A DNA stretch of 64,000 nt from Cycas panzhihuaensis (lineage: Eukaryota; Plantae; Cycadophyta), in contig CM041465.1 in the NCBI GenBank assembly GCA_023213395.1, positions 203,181,741 to 203,245,740 on the forward strand. Reading direction: 5' to 3'. Position 1 is the first letter of the stretch; each line of letters opens with the position of its first letter. A program made the translations under genes and the position numbers. Positions 39,011-50,400 of this stretch are shown here, piece by piece. Under the pieces are notes generated by a model, which saw only the letters and a program-made list of their open reading frames with translations, ran no database searches and was not told where the DNA came from.

Positions 39011-41280
39011 ACATAGATCAATTTTAGTAAGGTGAATATAATAGTGGTGGATTAACCCTATAAAAATTTAAAAGGTCAATAGAAACATAAATTTTAAGCA
39101 AAAAATAAGTTAAAAAAAAGACCAAGAAAAGATGAAACAACAAGGTAAGATAAAGTGGATGAGGATAGCCAACATTACAAGCAGATATATTTTGATGTCA
39201 TGTATGTTTAATTCTAATCATAGGTGCCCTAAAATAAGTGGTCTTAGAACATAATAGTATCTCAACATGTAAATCATAACAACCAAAGAAAAATGAAGAG
39301 AGATCCATACCTCAGGATCAAGGACACTAAATTTTAGGGAAACATTTACACACTTAACAACTGAAACTTGGCAAATGAAGAATTATAAGATGTTAAAAGT
39401 TGTTAATGAGCAATAGCTACATATACTGAGATTATATATGATGAATAAGACCATCAGCCTCAACATTTTAGGCTCTAGGAACATGGCAAATTTGAATGTG
39501 AAAAAATCATGCTAAGAGAGACCTAGTTGAGTCAACTAACATATGAAGTTAGAGGCCAAGTGTTTAACATGTGCTAATTAACTAATGAATAACCAAGAGG
39601 GAATCCATGTAGAGGATAATACAAGAGAGTTGTTATAAGATGCATCTTAAAGGGCACTTATAACGATAGCATACTCGGTTAGGTTGTTCATGGAAGAAAG
39701 GAGGAATAAACCCATGCTTATATCAACTTGGCTAAAAGGAGCCTTGATAACTTAGGTGATAGTGAAAGACCTAGGGTTTTCCTAACTTCCCTTATCCACA
39801 TGAATGATATATGCCATTAATATCATCATGACCCATAGGGGTTTGGCCAAGGAGTTATTGGATGGATGAAGGAGGAAGGGAAATAATTAGAAGAAAGGTG
39901 TTTTGGTAGAACTACAAGGAAATAAGGGCATTCACAAGTAACATAAGTATGAGAGATGACAATCATTATAGATTTAAATTTAGATGCAACTGATGGTGGG
40001 CTAGACTAATGTCAAATTTGAAGGTCCTAGAGGGTACAAATAATCTAAATCTAAACTACTAAATAGTAAGGGGAATGAGGTCATCACACTACCTACCTCA
40101 AATTCTAGGATGATGTCATTAGAGCGAACCCTAAGAATTCACTTTGATTTGACATATAATTTGGATATGCATTATAACATCAAGTAGGATTCAATCATTA
40201 AAGGTGATTGGTGGTCTATAACTAAGATTCAAAGTCACCACCTAGCTAAGCTAGACTATAACTTCCAAATAGTAAGTGGGAATGATAATATCATGTGACC
40301 TACCCCAGATACCAAAGTGGTGGGCTAGATAATAATTATTAGTAGAAGGGATGCCCTAAGGTAAATGCCTTACTTATGTAGGTGTTTTTTATGGAATGGA
40401 TAGATAGCACGATCCCCCAACTGATCTAGGGATGGAAGAATGAGCTCTAAAATCTACAATCCTTAAATGAATAACATGTGATTTAAAGTATGATACAAAT
40501 GAGGGTGCAAAGATGATAAGAGGGCAAGGGGAAAATTAGATATCAAAATGTGACATGACTAAGTCATTAGGATCTAACTAGAAGTGAGGTAAGTACAAAG
40601 TTGGTCCTCATCAATTCCAATAAACAAGTGTAGGATAAGGTAAAAGATGTCGATAGGCCAAAAAGAGTGAAACATGGATAAGGATATAAAAAGTTAACTA
40701 GGTAATGATAGGGTTGTGTTAGTTTTAGTAATTATGGGATGAGAAGTCCTTAAAATTTTCTATTAAACTACCAAACTAGAGTGATAATAAGAGATCTTAC
40801 ATAAAGCCACTAAACATGAAAGAAAAATGGATTATATAAATGAAATGGCATGGAAAATGAAGTTCAAATGGACATGTAATTGACAACTGAGGAAAATGTT
40901 ATATAAATAGGAGAGTCTTATTCATTTTTACCAAAATATTTTAGAAGAAAATAGCCACCCATTATAGAGATATAGTCATTGTAGGATGACCAAGAGTCTC
41001 TTTAATAAGTGGATAGTTGTGTTTGAAAGTGATCATGATCATGGAGCCATAAAGACCATATCTAACAAGTTTTAATTGCCAATTTTTTTTTTTTTTTGGC
41101 AAAAATATAATAAGGTTTAGAAATTGGGGATTTTAAAGGTAAAAATCATCCATATTGGTTAAATAGAAAGTAAGATGGTCTAAATTGCATGTAAATCAAG
41201 GGTGGTGATGCTCAATTAGACTATAGGGTGATTTCCAGTCATTACAAACCTATCATTTATTTATTTTTCAAGTTTTTTGT

Positions 41281-41455
41281 ATTTTGATGGGGTTGGTCTA
41301 TTAAAATTAAAGGGGCCCTAACAAATTTCTAATGTACCATCAAAAAAATTAGAGGTATTATCAAATATTTAATGGCATCATCAAATTTCATAATAAGGTT
41401 ACCAATAATTTGATGGGGTTAGTTAAAATTTGATGGTATAACCTAATCAAAATTA
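41281..41455. repeat. Second array of ccatcaaa/tttgatgg motifs, upstream of the PMD ORF
   Basis: Six or more copies in both orientations. Confidence 0.6.
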
Positions 41456-42326
41456 GAATTTAAAGGAAAAAATAAAATATTTGAATTAATAAAATATGTA
41501 TAATGTTAGGGACTATTTATGTGATGTAAGTAGAAGATAAATTGGATGGATTATATTGGGATTGACCAATGTTTTGTGTATTTAAATGATGCAAAGAGTT
41601 TATCATGTACAATCAAGGGATAATAATGGATGAATGCTCAAAGAGATCTATGATGGGTTAGAAAATGGTGATTAGGCTATGCTACAAAGATGTAGATTAC
41701 TTAGGGCCTATTTTATTAGCACATTGGTGATAGACACCAATTTACTTATCGATCTAGTTAACCACTAGGTATTGGAGGCACATGTATTCAAATTTTGAGA
41801 CATAAGTGACCTATAGATAATAGTAGATGACAATAGACAAATTCTTAGTATTTCTGCATGGGGAATAAGACTAAGGATTGCTCTTGTGCTAGCATGTAAG
41901 AGCCATGTATTAGAGTTAATCGTCATCACTCCACTTCTACTTTCCAACCAAGATTGTATACCTCATCAACCTCATTTTACACATGTGGGTGCTCAACATG
42001 TGTAGGTAAGTTAAAGTAATATTTGATTTAATTTAAGTTAATTTGAGTTAGTTTTATTTGAGTTAAGTTAATATTATTTTATTGTTAATTTAAATTTCAG
42101 GGGTTGAGGAGTTTCCCTCCTCCACCAAAATTATAATTATTGAGGGGTGTGTAACCCTAGTGTCTTTAGACATCGCCCTCATTTGATAAAGTTGTAATGC
42201 TCACTTTTCACAATGGATTGAATATAGAAGTTTCATGTGTTTATATTATAATAATGTATTGATGTATTGATCTACTGAAGATTATTTTATGTTCTACCCT
42301 GTTCTCCTTGAATATTATTTACTTCA

Positions 42327-42382
42327 TCTAGTATAAGAGTGATTTTGGGTTCATTTTATTTCCATCATTTGGTATCACAGCC
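42327..42382 (+). promoter_or_regulatory. Tandem pair of tRNA-iMet primer-binding sites in E
   Basis: tctagtataagagt (42327-42340) and tttggtatcacagcc (42368-42382), each directly preceded by an LTR-end-like ...c(t/a)tca. Confidence 0.8.
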
Positions 42383-44061
42383 ATGCGCTTCATCTGTCCC
42401 AGCGATCTCTATAAATAGTGGTAGAGAGATCACGTCTGTAACGACAGCAGCTTCTCCACAGCATTTTCTCTTTTCATTTTAATTCAAATTTCTTTTATAT
42501 ATATTTATAAGTGTTTTTAAAAAATTAAATTAAATTATATAAACTTTAAGATCCACAGTTTTAAACCCTAGCATATTTCCCTCTATCCCCTAGTTATACG
42601 AACTTCATCACATGACCATAGCTTAACCTAAAATAGGCTCTTAACTTTACAATTATCTTTTCTTTTTATTTTTTTTATTTTTTATTTTTACATAGGATTA
42701 CTGGTAAATTTTTGCCATAACTCCTAACTGAGTCATCAGTTTTTGACGAAACTAGTTTCATTGCATCATAAATTTTTTGTAAATTGATTTCGACTAGTCA
42801 TATGACCAATTTGGTGCTGATTTGACCCTGTTTTAGTTGATTTAAAGTCAATCAGTCATTTTTTTACTCTTTTTTTTAACTTTTTATAAAATCACTTTTT
42901 GAACTGATTATATTTTATTACTGGAAAACTATTTTCTACCCAGATATATTCTATAGTGATCTGCGTTCAACAAGATTTATTAACAACTATTTATTTTAAT
43001 TTTTATAATTTATTTTGATCATTATTTTAATCGTCGAAAGTGGCATTTTAGTGTTTTTTAGCACTTTTTAAACTTTTTACCATAAAAGTACCTGTCGCTA
43101 ATTTCATTATAACTTCTCTGTTTTACATCTGAATTTAGTCCTGTTAATTTTATTAGAAAGTTGACTCACCCCTCTTCGAACTGACATAGTGTTTTATACA
43201 TTTTAATGTGTTTTAACTAATTTTCAAATTGATCAAATTTAGGGTACTTAATACCCTTAAACTTACCATAATTACACATTTTCTGTATAGTATTTCTCAA
43301 AAATTTTAATTAAAAATATATCAAGTAGCTCTCCAAGATATATTTGATCTTTTTACATCATTCTATAAAGTTTTATTTATATTTTTAGAAGTTTTTGAGC
43401 TCCTTGCTTCTGTTATGCCTCAAAAAGAGGCCTATATATTTAGATTATCAAAATTTGACTTATGGGAACCTGTTTTCAAAACGGTTAATTCCATTGGATA
43501 GATATATTATTTATCTTCATATTGGTGAAGTTTCACATTATTCTGATATCATTTAGCATAGCTTTGAAGCTACCAAACTTAAGGTTATCCTTTAAACTTT
43601 CTTTTAAAAGTTCCTTCATACTCATTATTTTTCAAAGTGAAAATACTCATATACAGTTCATTTTTAGCATTATATATTATCATCAAGGCTAAGGATTTAT
43701 TACATTAAGGTCTTACATTTATTCATTTGAAGAACAAAGGTTAAGGATTATTCTTTTTATCATCAAAGTTACATTTTAGATATGTATTACTAAAAGAATC
43801 TTTATTACATTCAAATTTGTTCTTATATTTATTTTATTTTGAAGATTATTCCGAAGGCATACATATATTGAAAGCATTTATTACTATTAAAAAGTTTATT
43901 TCCTTATTGCACTTATAAAGGTTGCATATAGTTCATTCATTTTCAAAGGGCATTATATTTCTTTTGAAGAGTATATTTGACATCATACAGGTTTAGTCAT
44001 TTATTGACACTTTTGATTTGATAAAATCATACCTTTTATGTACTAAATTTTTTTCGATAAA

Positions 44062-44832
44062 ATGGCACAATTTCCCATATTCAATGGGCAAAATTTTTCA
44101 CTATGGCATAAGACTATGCAAGACTATTTTATTGAACATGATCTTCTGAAATATTTGCAATATGAATGTGATCTCAGTATTAAAGAAAATTTTAGAAAGG
44201 ACAATGAAGTTTTAGGTTTATTATTTTGCACTATGAATAATGATATTTTTTTAAACATTTATGAATTAACTACTTTTAAATCTGTTTATGATATTTTGAT
44301 TTCCATTTATGGGGGAGATACCCTCCATGTATTTGATGATATTTTTTATGAGCATGTGAGATAGGTGACAGAATAAGTGAATCACAATGTCAACACCTAT
44401 GAAGATTCAGATCAAATACAGTACCAACTTGTTACACAAGTACCTGATCCTGCATTTGAGGGGTATAATGAATCTTATGACATAATGGAGAATGAATCTT
44501 ATGACATGATGGAGAATGAATCTTATGATATGACAGAAAATGAATCTAATGATATGACAGTTAAAGTTAAATTTCTAGAAGTTAAAGTCAAAGTTGTAGC
44601 TATTCTTTTTTGTATACATCAAGTATCATTTACTTACAATTTTTTTATATCATTCCATGGTAAAGAGACATATGTGGCTATAAGGATGAGAAGAGTTGAT
44701 AAAGATCAGATTTTTAAAGTTTTTTTCAAATACAAGTTCCATAAGTTTAAGGAGACGATACAAGTGCTTGTGATGACTGTTAAGGGGGAGAATATTGGAG
44801 TTAATCGTCATCACTCTACTCTCACCTTCTAA
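44062..44832 (+). pseudogene. Gag-N-terminal ORF of E (~255 codons, two Gln-to-stop changes) running through the PPT into the 3' LTR
   Basis: FPIFNGQNFSLWHKTMQDYF...DLLKY...TTFKSVYDILISIY resembles a Copia Gag N-terminus (DUF4219/UBN2-like). R*VTE*V corresponds to RQVLEQV in copy G. Confidence 0.85.
44468..44560 (+). repeat. In-frame 24-bp tandem repeat x4 (ENESYD(I/M)(M/T)) in the ORF of E
   Basis: aatgaatcttatgacataatggag repeated; not expanded in copy G. Confidence 0.9.
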
Positions 44833-47428
44833 CCAAGATTATATATCTCATCAACCTCATTTTACACATGTGGGTGCTCAACATGTGTAGGTAAGTTAAG
44901 GTAAGATTTGATTTGATTTAAGTTAATTTGAGTTAGTTTCATTTGAGTTAAGTTAGCATTATTTTATTGTTAATTTAAATTTCAGGGTTGAGGAGTTTCC
45001 CTCCTCCCCCAAAATTATAAATCTTGAGGGGTGTGCAACTCTGGTGTCTTTAGACACTACTCTCATTTGGGAAATTTGTAATGCTTACTTCTCGCAATGG
45101 ATTGAATATAGAAGTTTTATGTATTTATGCTACTACAATGTATTGATGTATTGATCTATTAAAGATTATTCTATGTTCTACCATGTTCTCCTTAAATATT
45201 ATTTCTTTCACCATGGACACACATGTTTATATTTAACAGGCAAGGTAAATTGTTGGGTCCATAATAAAGTGGAACTTTAGGCTATCCAAAATATTGATGA
45301 GATACTATTATAGGGAGCTTATTGATACTTACTATTATATTTTAAATAGTGGGTTGATAAAACTATGTAAGTATTATAGGTGGATAACTCTTAGTGATAT
45401 AGAGATGTGAGAGAGGACAAGGTATAACTAGGCTTCCCTAATTTTATGATTCATAAGGAAGTAGCTTACAATCATCAAACTATAGGGCAGAGAAGGTTTT
45501 TCATATTGATTTATCCTCTAGGCATAATTATTTGATCACTTAACTATGGCATGACCCTAGGGTTCATGAGAGATTTAAGAGGGTAGGAGCTAACAATTGA
45601 TAGATGGAATATGTGGTTGAGGAGGATACACCCTATTGTAGGGAGATATATAGGAGGGCTTGCTTTAAACATGACAAGATTGAGTGACCTAATAGTAGAT
45701 CCTTATATAAGGATCAATTAGTATTCAAATGGAGAGGATGATTCCACTTAAGGAGGGTACAATGGGGCTAGATGAAGTCCTCCACATGGTGGAGAGAGCC
45801 TACTATATAGATAGGATAAGGGTAAACAACCAGTGATTACACCCCTAGTTATAGAAGGAGTTGAGGGTGATAGAGGCCAAGGTGTAGGAGGTGTAACCTA
45901 AATCCTAAACTCTACATTCATTTTGGACTTTTTCATTTTAATTTTTTATCCTAATGAATGTAATACTAACATAAATTATTCTTTGTATAAGTGGAGATAT
46001 GGTTATCTAAGAGGCCATACAATAAATCTTGGAAGTGATCCTATATATCACACAGAGGCTAGGAGAATCTCCCCCTATGGAGTGTAAATAAGGCAATATT
46101 ATATGGAGCAGAGAGGTCTCATCTAGTAGCCACATATAAAGCTTATAAGATGCTTCACATGGAGGACCACCAATTAAGGGAGCTAAATAGGCAAGTGGCT
46201 AACTAGAGGGTGATGATTACTATCATGGAGAAAGACCATGTAGTGATGAAGTCCATACTATGTTAGACATGGATAAGTGCACTATAGCCATCTAATAATA
46301 AGGTTATAGGATCCCACAACACACACAGTGGAGGAAGGAGTGGGGTTAGCCCATCTCATAGTATGCATAGAACACCACCTTAAAAGTTGTTGCTAGAGGG
46401 AGGGATGGTAGAAGGATGTATAAATCTACTCCATAAGTGTGGGGAGTGATTATTGTAGCTCTTTAGATCCCTATGAGTGCTCATAAAAGCTAGGGCTATA
46501 CGACATTTTTATACTTGAACCTATATGATATTGATATATATACATGCTATTTTTTATACTTTGCATATATTATATAATTACTTGACTCTTACTTTTTACC
46601 CCCTTTATGCCTATATGATGTAGACTAACCATACATATAATAAGTATTCAATACATATGGTTCTATCAAGAAATAAAATAAGAGTGAGAATACCTATAAG
46701 TAATAAGTATAGGGGAAAGCATAATAGATTACACTCATGCTAGAATATATCATAGTTTTGGGCTCATTGCAAAGCATGAGGGCTCTTAGCAAGAATAATT
46801 GTAATAAGTTGGGAAATAAAGATGACATCTCTAAGAATGGGAGAGTATGACTAGAAAAGATTAAGTATACCATCTTCATAAGTTCAAAGTTAGTTGGTTT
46901 GCTTAATAACCAAAGTCACCTCATAAAATAATCAATACTAGACTTGTGGGAATAGAAGATCTAAATTACATCAAATATAACTTAGGAAACATATACAAGA
47001 AGAGTCATATGAATTCCTAACTAACTAATGTTCATATGAGGCCTCTTAAAAGAAGACATCATATTTAATAAATAGATCCTAGAAACCCATTTATAAAGTA
47101 ATAAATTCTAAGGGTATGTTAGATTCTCTCTTAGTTGTCCCTAGGTGCAAGAAGCTTTTAGGATCCCAAACCCTACCAAGGCCCTCCTTAGCCCTCAATT
47201 CTCAAAATACGTTATCTTATTAAGTGATTTCTTTTATTCTAATATTTATCGTATCGAAATCTCTCACAACTAATCTCCCTTTAAGAGCTTTAATTATATC
47301 TTACTTATAGAAGGGCATGGGGATTCTATATCTCCAAGTATTGAGCTTGGGGGACAAGTATGTGGTTTAAACTTATTGTGAAGCATAAGTAGTTTACCCT
47401 TATTTCAAAGTGAGAGAGGGGACAACCT

Positions 47429-50400
47429 TGAAGGAAAAGCGAGAGTAAAAGAGAATAAGATATTATACTAAGGCTATTAATGATAACATATTTTCAATAT
47501 AATTAAGGTAGTATTAAAGAACACCTAGGCGCCTTACGGCCTAATACATATAGATGGGAGTTGGGAAGGAGCCTAATGTCTACCATCTTTTAGTATTTAA
47601 AAATACCATTAAAAAATATTAATCATTCGATTAGGGTAAGCCAACATCAGCTCCACTAACCCCAATGCTAACATATTTATTAATATTCTAAATAAACATT
47701 ATCTAATATTTCTCCCCCATAATGTTTATTTGGGAAGACTATGAGTTTGGCTCTAAATTTTTGGAACTTGAACTTTTCAAGAGCTTTAGGAAAGATATCT
47801 ATCACATATTCTCCTGTGCTTCAATAGGTTAATTCGACCTCACCAACTTAAACTAATTCTCTAATGAAATGATATTAAGTCTCACTATGCTTTGTTCTAT
47901 CATGAAATACTAGATTTTGAAACATTTGTATTGCTACTTTATATTCTATTTTCATTACATCTTTCCATTCACCTTTTATATTAGCCTCCTTAAAAGTATG
48001 AGACTTATTTGATGCCATGACTTAGCTCATTAAGGAAAAATTAACTCTATGAGAGTATGTGGACCTTCTTTCAAAATTATTGTCTAACATATTGGAAGGA
48101 TCACAACTTCTTTGTATCCATTTTGGACCCTTTAATTGAATGTGGAGGATCCTACTTTATTTGGACTTGATTCATGCAGACTTGGCATATTTTTGGATTG
48201 AAGCCTTGAATTTATTTCCACAATGATATTATTTCCCTTATCTTTTTTATTTTTTGCTTAATAGCTTTCTTCTTCTTTGAAGGTGACATCCCTGCTCATA
48301 ATCATCTTTTTTTCTTTTGGATTAAATAGTTTATATATTTTAGAGATATTATAGTATCATATAAAGATGCATTTGGTGCTTTTCTCGTCCAACTTTATTC
48401 TCTTTTGTTGTAATACATAAATAAATGCTATGCACCTAAAAATCTTCAAGTAATGTATACTTGGCTTATGACCTATCTAAGATTCCTCTAGTGTAACCTG
48501 CTTAGAGCCTTGATGGTACACCTATTTAAGAAGTATATGGTTATATGCATAGCTTCTACCCAAAGTTCATATCCAAGTTATTTATCTTTAAGCATACATC
48601 TTACCATTTCAATAATAGTTTAATTTTTACTTTATGCTACTCCATTTTGTTATGGATTATAGGGATTGGTGAATTGTCTCCTTATACCATGATAGGTGCA
48701 ATATGCTTTGAATTCATTTGAAATGAATTCCCCTCTATTATTTAATCTAAAGGTGAGATTTTTATGACCATGTTTTTTCTTAACAAAGGTTTTGAAGCTA
48801 ACAAAGCATTGAAAAGCATCTAATTTAAATTTGAGGAAATACACCCAAGTCTTTCTAATAAAATTGTCAATGAAGATTATAAAGTATTTTACACCTCCTA
48901 GTTAGGGTACACCCATGGGTCCATATAAGTTTATATAGATTAGATAAAGAGGTCCTTGGGCTCTATAGTTGTTACCTAGAAAACTTTCTCTATGTTGTTT
49001 TCTAAGTATGTATCCTTCACAAATTTCTTTGTCAGCTTCTATGGTGGGCAATCCATCAACCATTTTTATCCTCTTCATTATTGCCAAGCTATTATAGTTT
49101 AAGTGAACAAATCTCTTATGCCATGTTTCATTATCAACTTTGGTGGAGACTTTCAAAGTATAAATGTCTGATGGAGGAATAACTAGCTTGAATAATTTGC
49201 CACTAGTGATCTATGTTTTTGCTATAATTACTTTATTCATTTACTTGTCTTTGATTGTACACTCATCATTATCAAAGATGACCTTATAGTCTTATTCTAT
49301 CATATGACCCACTGAAAGTAGGTTCTTCTTTAAAGTCGGTATATATAACACATCATCAATGTGTCTTGTTTCTCTTGATTTTATGTTTATAGACACATTA
49401 CCTTTGCCAATAGATTAATAGGTAGTATTATCTCTAAATATAATCTTTCTTCTTTTAGTCTTATTAATGTCTTTGAAGATTTCTTTTATATGGGTCATAT
49501 AGGTTAAACACCCTGAGTTTATGTGCTAATTGTCCTCCTCCTCATTAGCAACAAAATTTGAAAGAAAGAGTATATTATTATCTCTCTCCTCAATTACTAT
49601 GTTAGTTATCCCTCTTTGAATATTATCTTTCTTGGCAAAGCATTTTTCTTCTAAATGTCCTATTTTGTGATAAAAAGAACATTAAATGATTCCTCCTCCT
49701 CTTTGGCTATGACTTCTACTTCTAGAGGTTCCTCTATCTCTAAGAATTAGCCTTGACTTTGGCCTTGGAAGTTCATTTGATCTTGACCTTAATAATGCTG
49801 ATTTAATCCTTGATAACTTACTTGACTTTAGAAGTGGTTATATCCTTAGCAACATTAGTTTTGTACTTGAAATCTTCCTTGAGTTTAGAAGTTATTTGGT
49901 CCTTAATACCTTTGGTTTAGTCCTTAATACTTTTGGTTTAATTCTTGATAACTTCTTTGACTTTGATAGTTGTTTTGTTCTTTATGGCTTGGATTTTATC
50001 GTTGAAATCTTCCTCTTCGTCTAATGGATTGATCCCTTCCCCTAAAACTTTGTCCTTGATGATTTTGTCTTATCCTTGCCTTTGTGCCAAAGGCATACTT
50101 AAGGGACTCATTGCCCTCTTTCTTCTCTTCAACTACTAGGAGCATGGCAGTTAGTTAATCAATTCAAAGGTACTAAGGTCTTTAGAAACCTTAATACTAG
50201 TGGCTATCATTTCAAATCTCTTAATCTCTCTAACACATATCAAGATTCTTTCTACAACTCTTTATTCACTTAATACTTCCCCTAAGGATCTCATTTGATT
50301 AACTAAGTTTTGTACCTTGGTGAGGAAATCATTTATTCCTTCTCTAGATGACATTTTTATATTTTTAACTTGCTTGTAAGAGTTTATAGCTTAGTGGGTG

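Larger units (their letters stand above)
41908..45210 (+). mobile_element. Small non-autonomous LTR element E (TR-GAG-like, Copia-derived)
   Basis: ~419-bp LTRs at 41908-42326 and 44793-45210 (roughly 89% identical by eye). Exact TSD CCATG (41903-41907 / 45211-45215). PPT taagggggagaa at 44781-44792. Two PBS. Only a short Gag-like ORF. Confidence 0.95.
41630..46480 (+). pseudogene. Plant Mobile Domain (PMD, aminotransferase-like) ORF remnant, interrupted by element E
   Basis: IDTNLLIDLVNH*VLEAHVFKF...IIVDDNRQILSISAWG (41730-41865) matches the PMD pattern LL.AL..RW..ETH.F....TITL.DV..ILGLP..G. After E come RYN*ASLIL and FIL*A*LFDHL, then DKGKQPV. Confidence 0.75.

Noticed and set aside
42720-42765. 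Minus-strand GAAAC...CTGATGA as a hammerhead ribozyme (retrozyme) core
   Set aside because: GAAAC pairs with its own GTTTC and no stem I/II/III arrangement closes. It is not in the LTR and is better explained as the fixed-spacing leader module.
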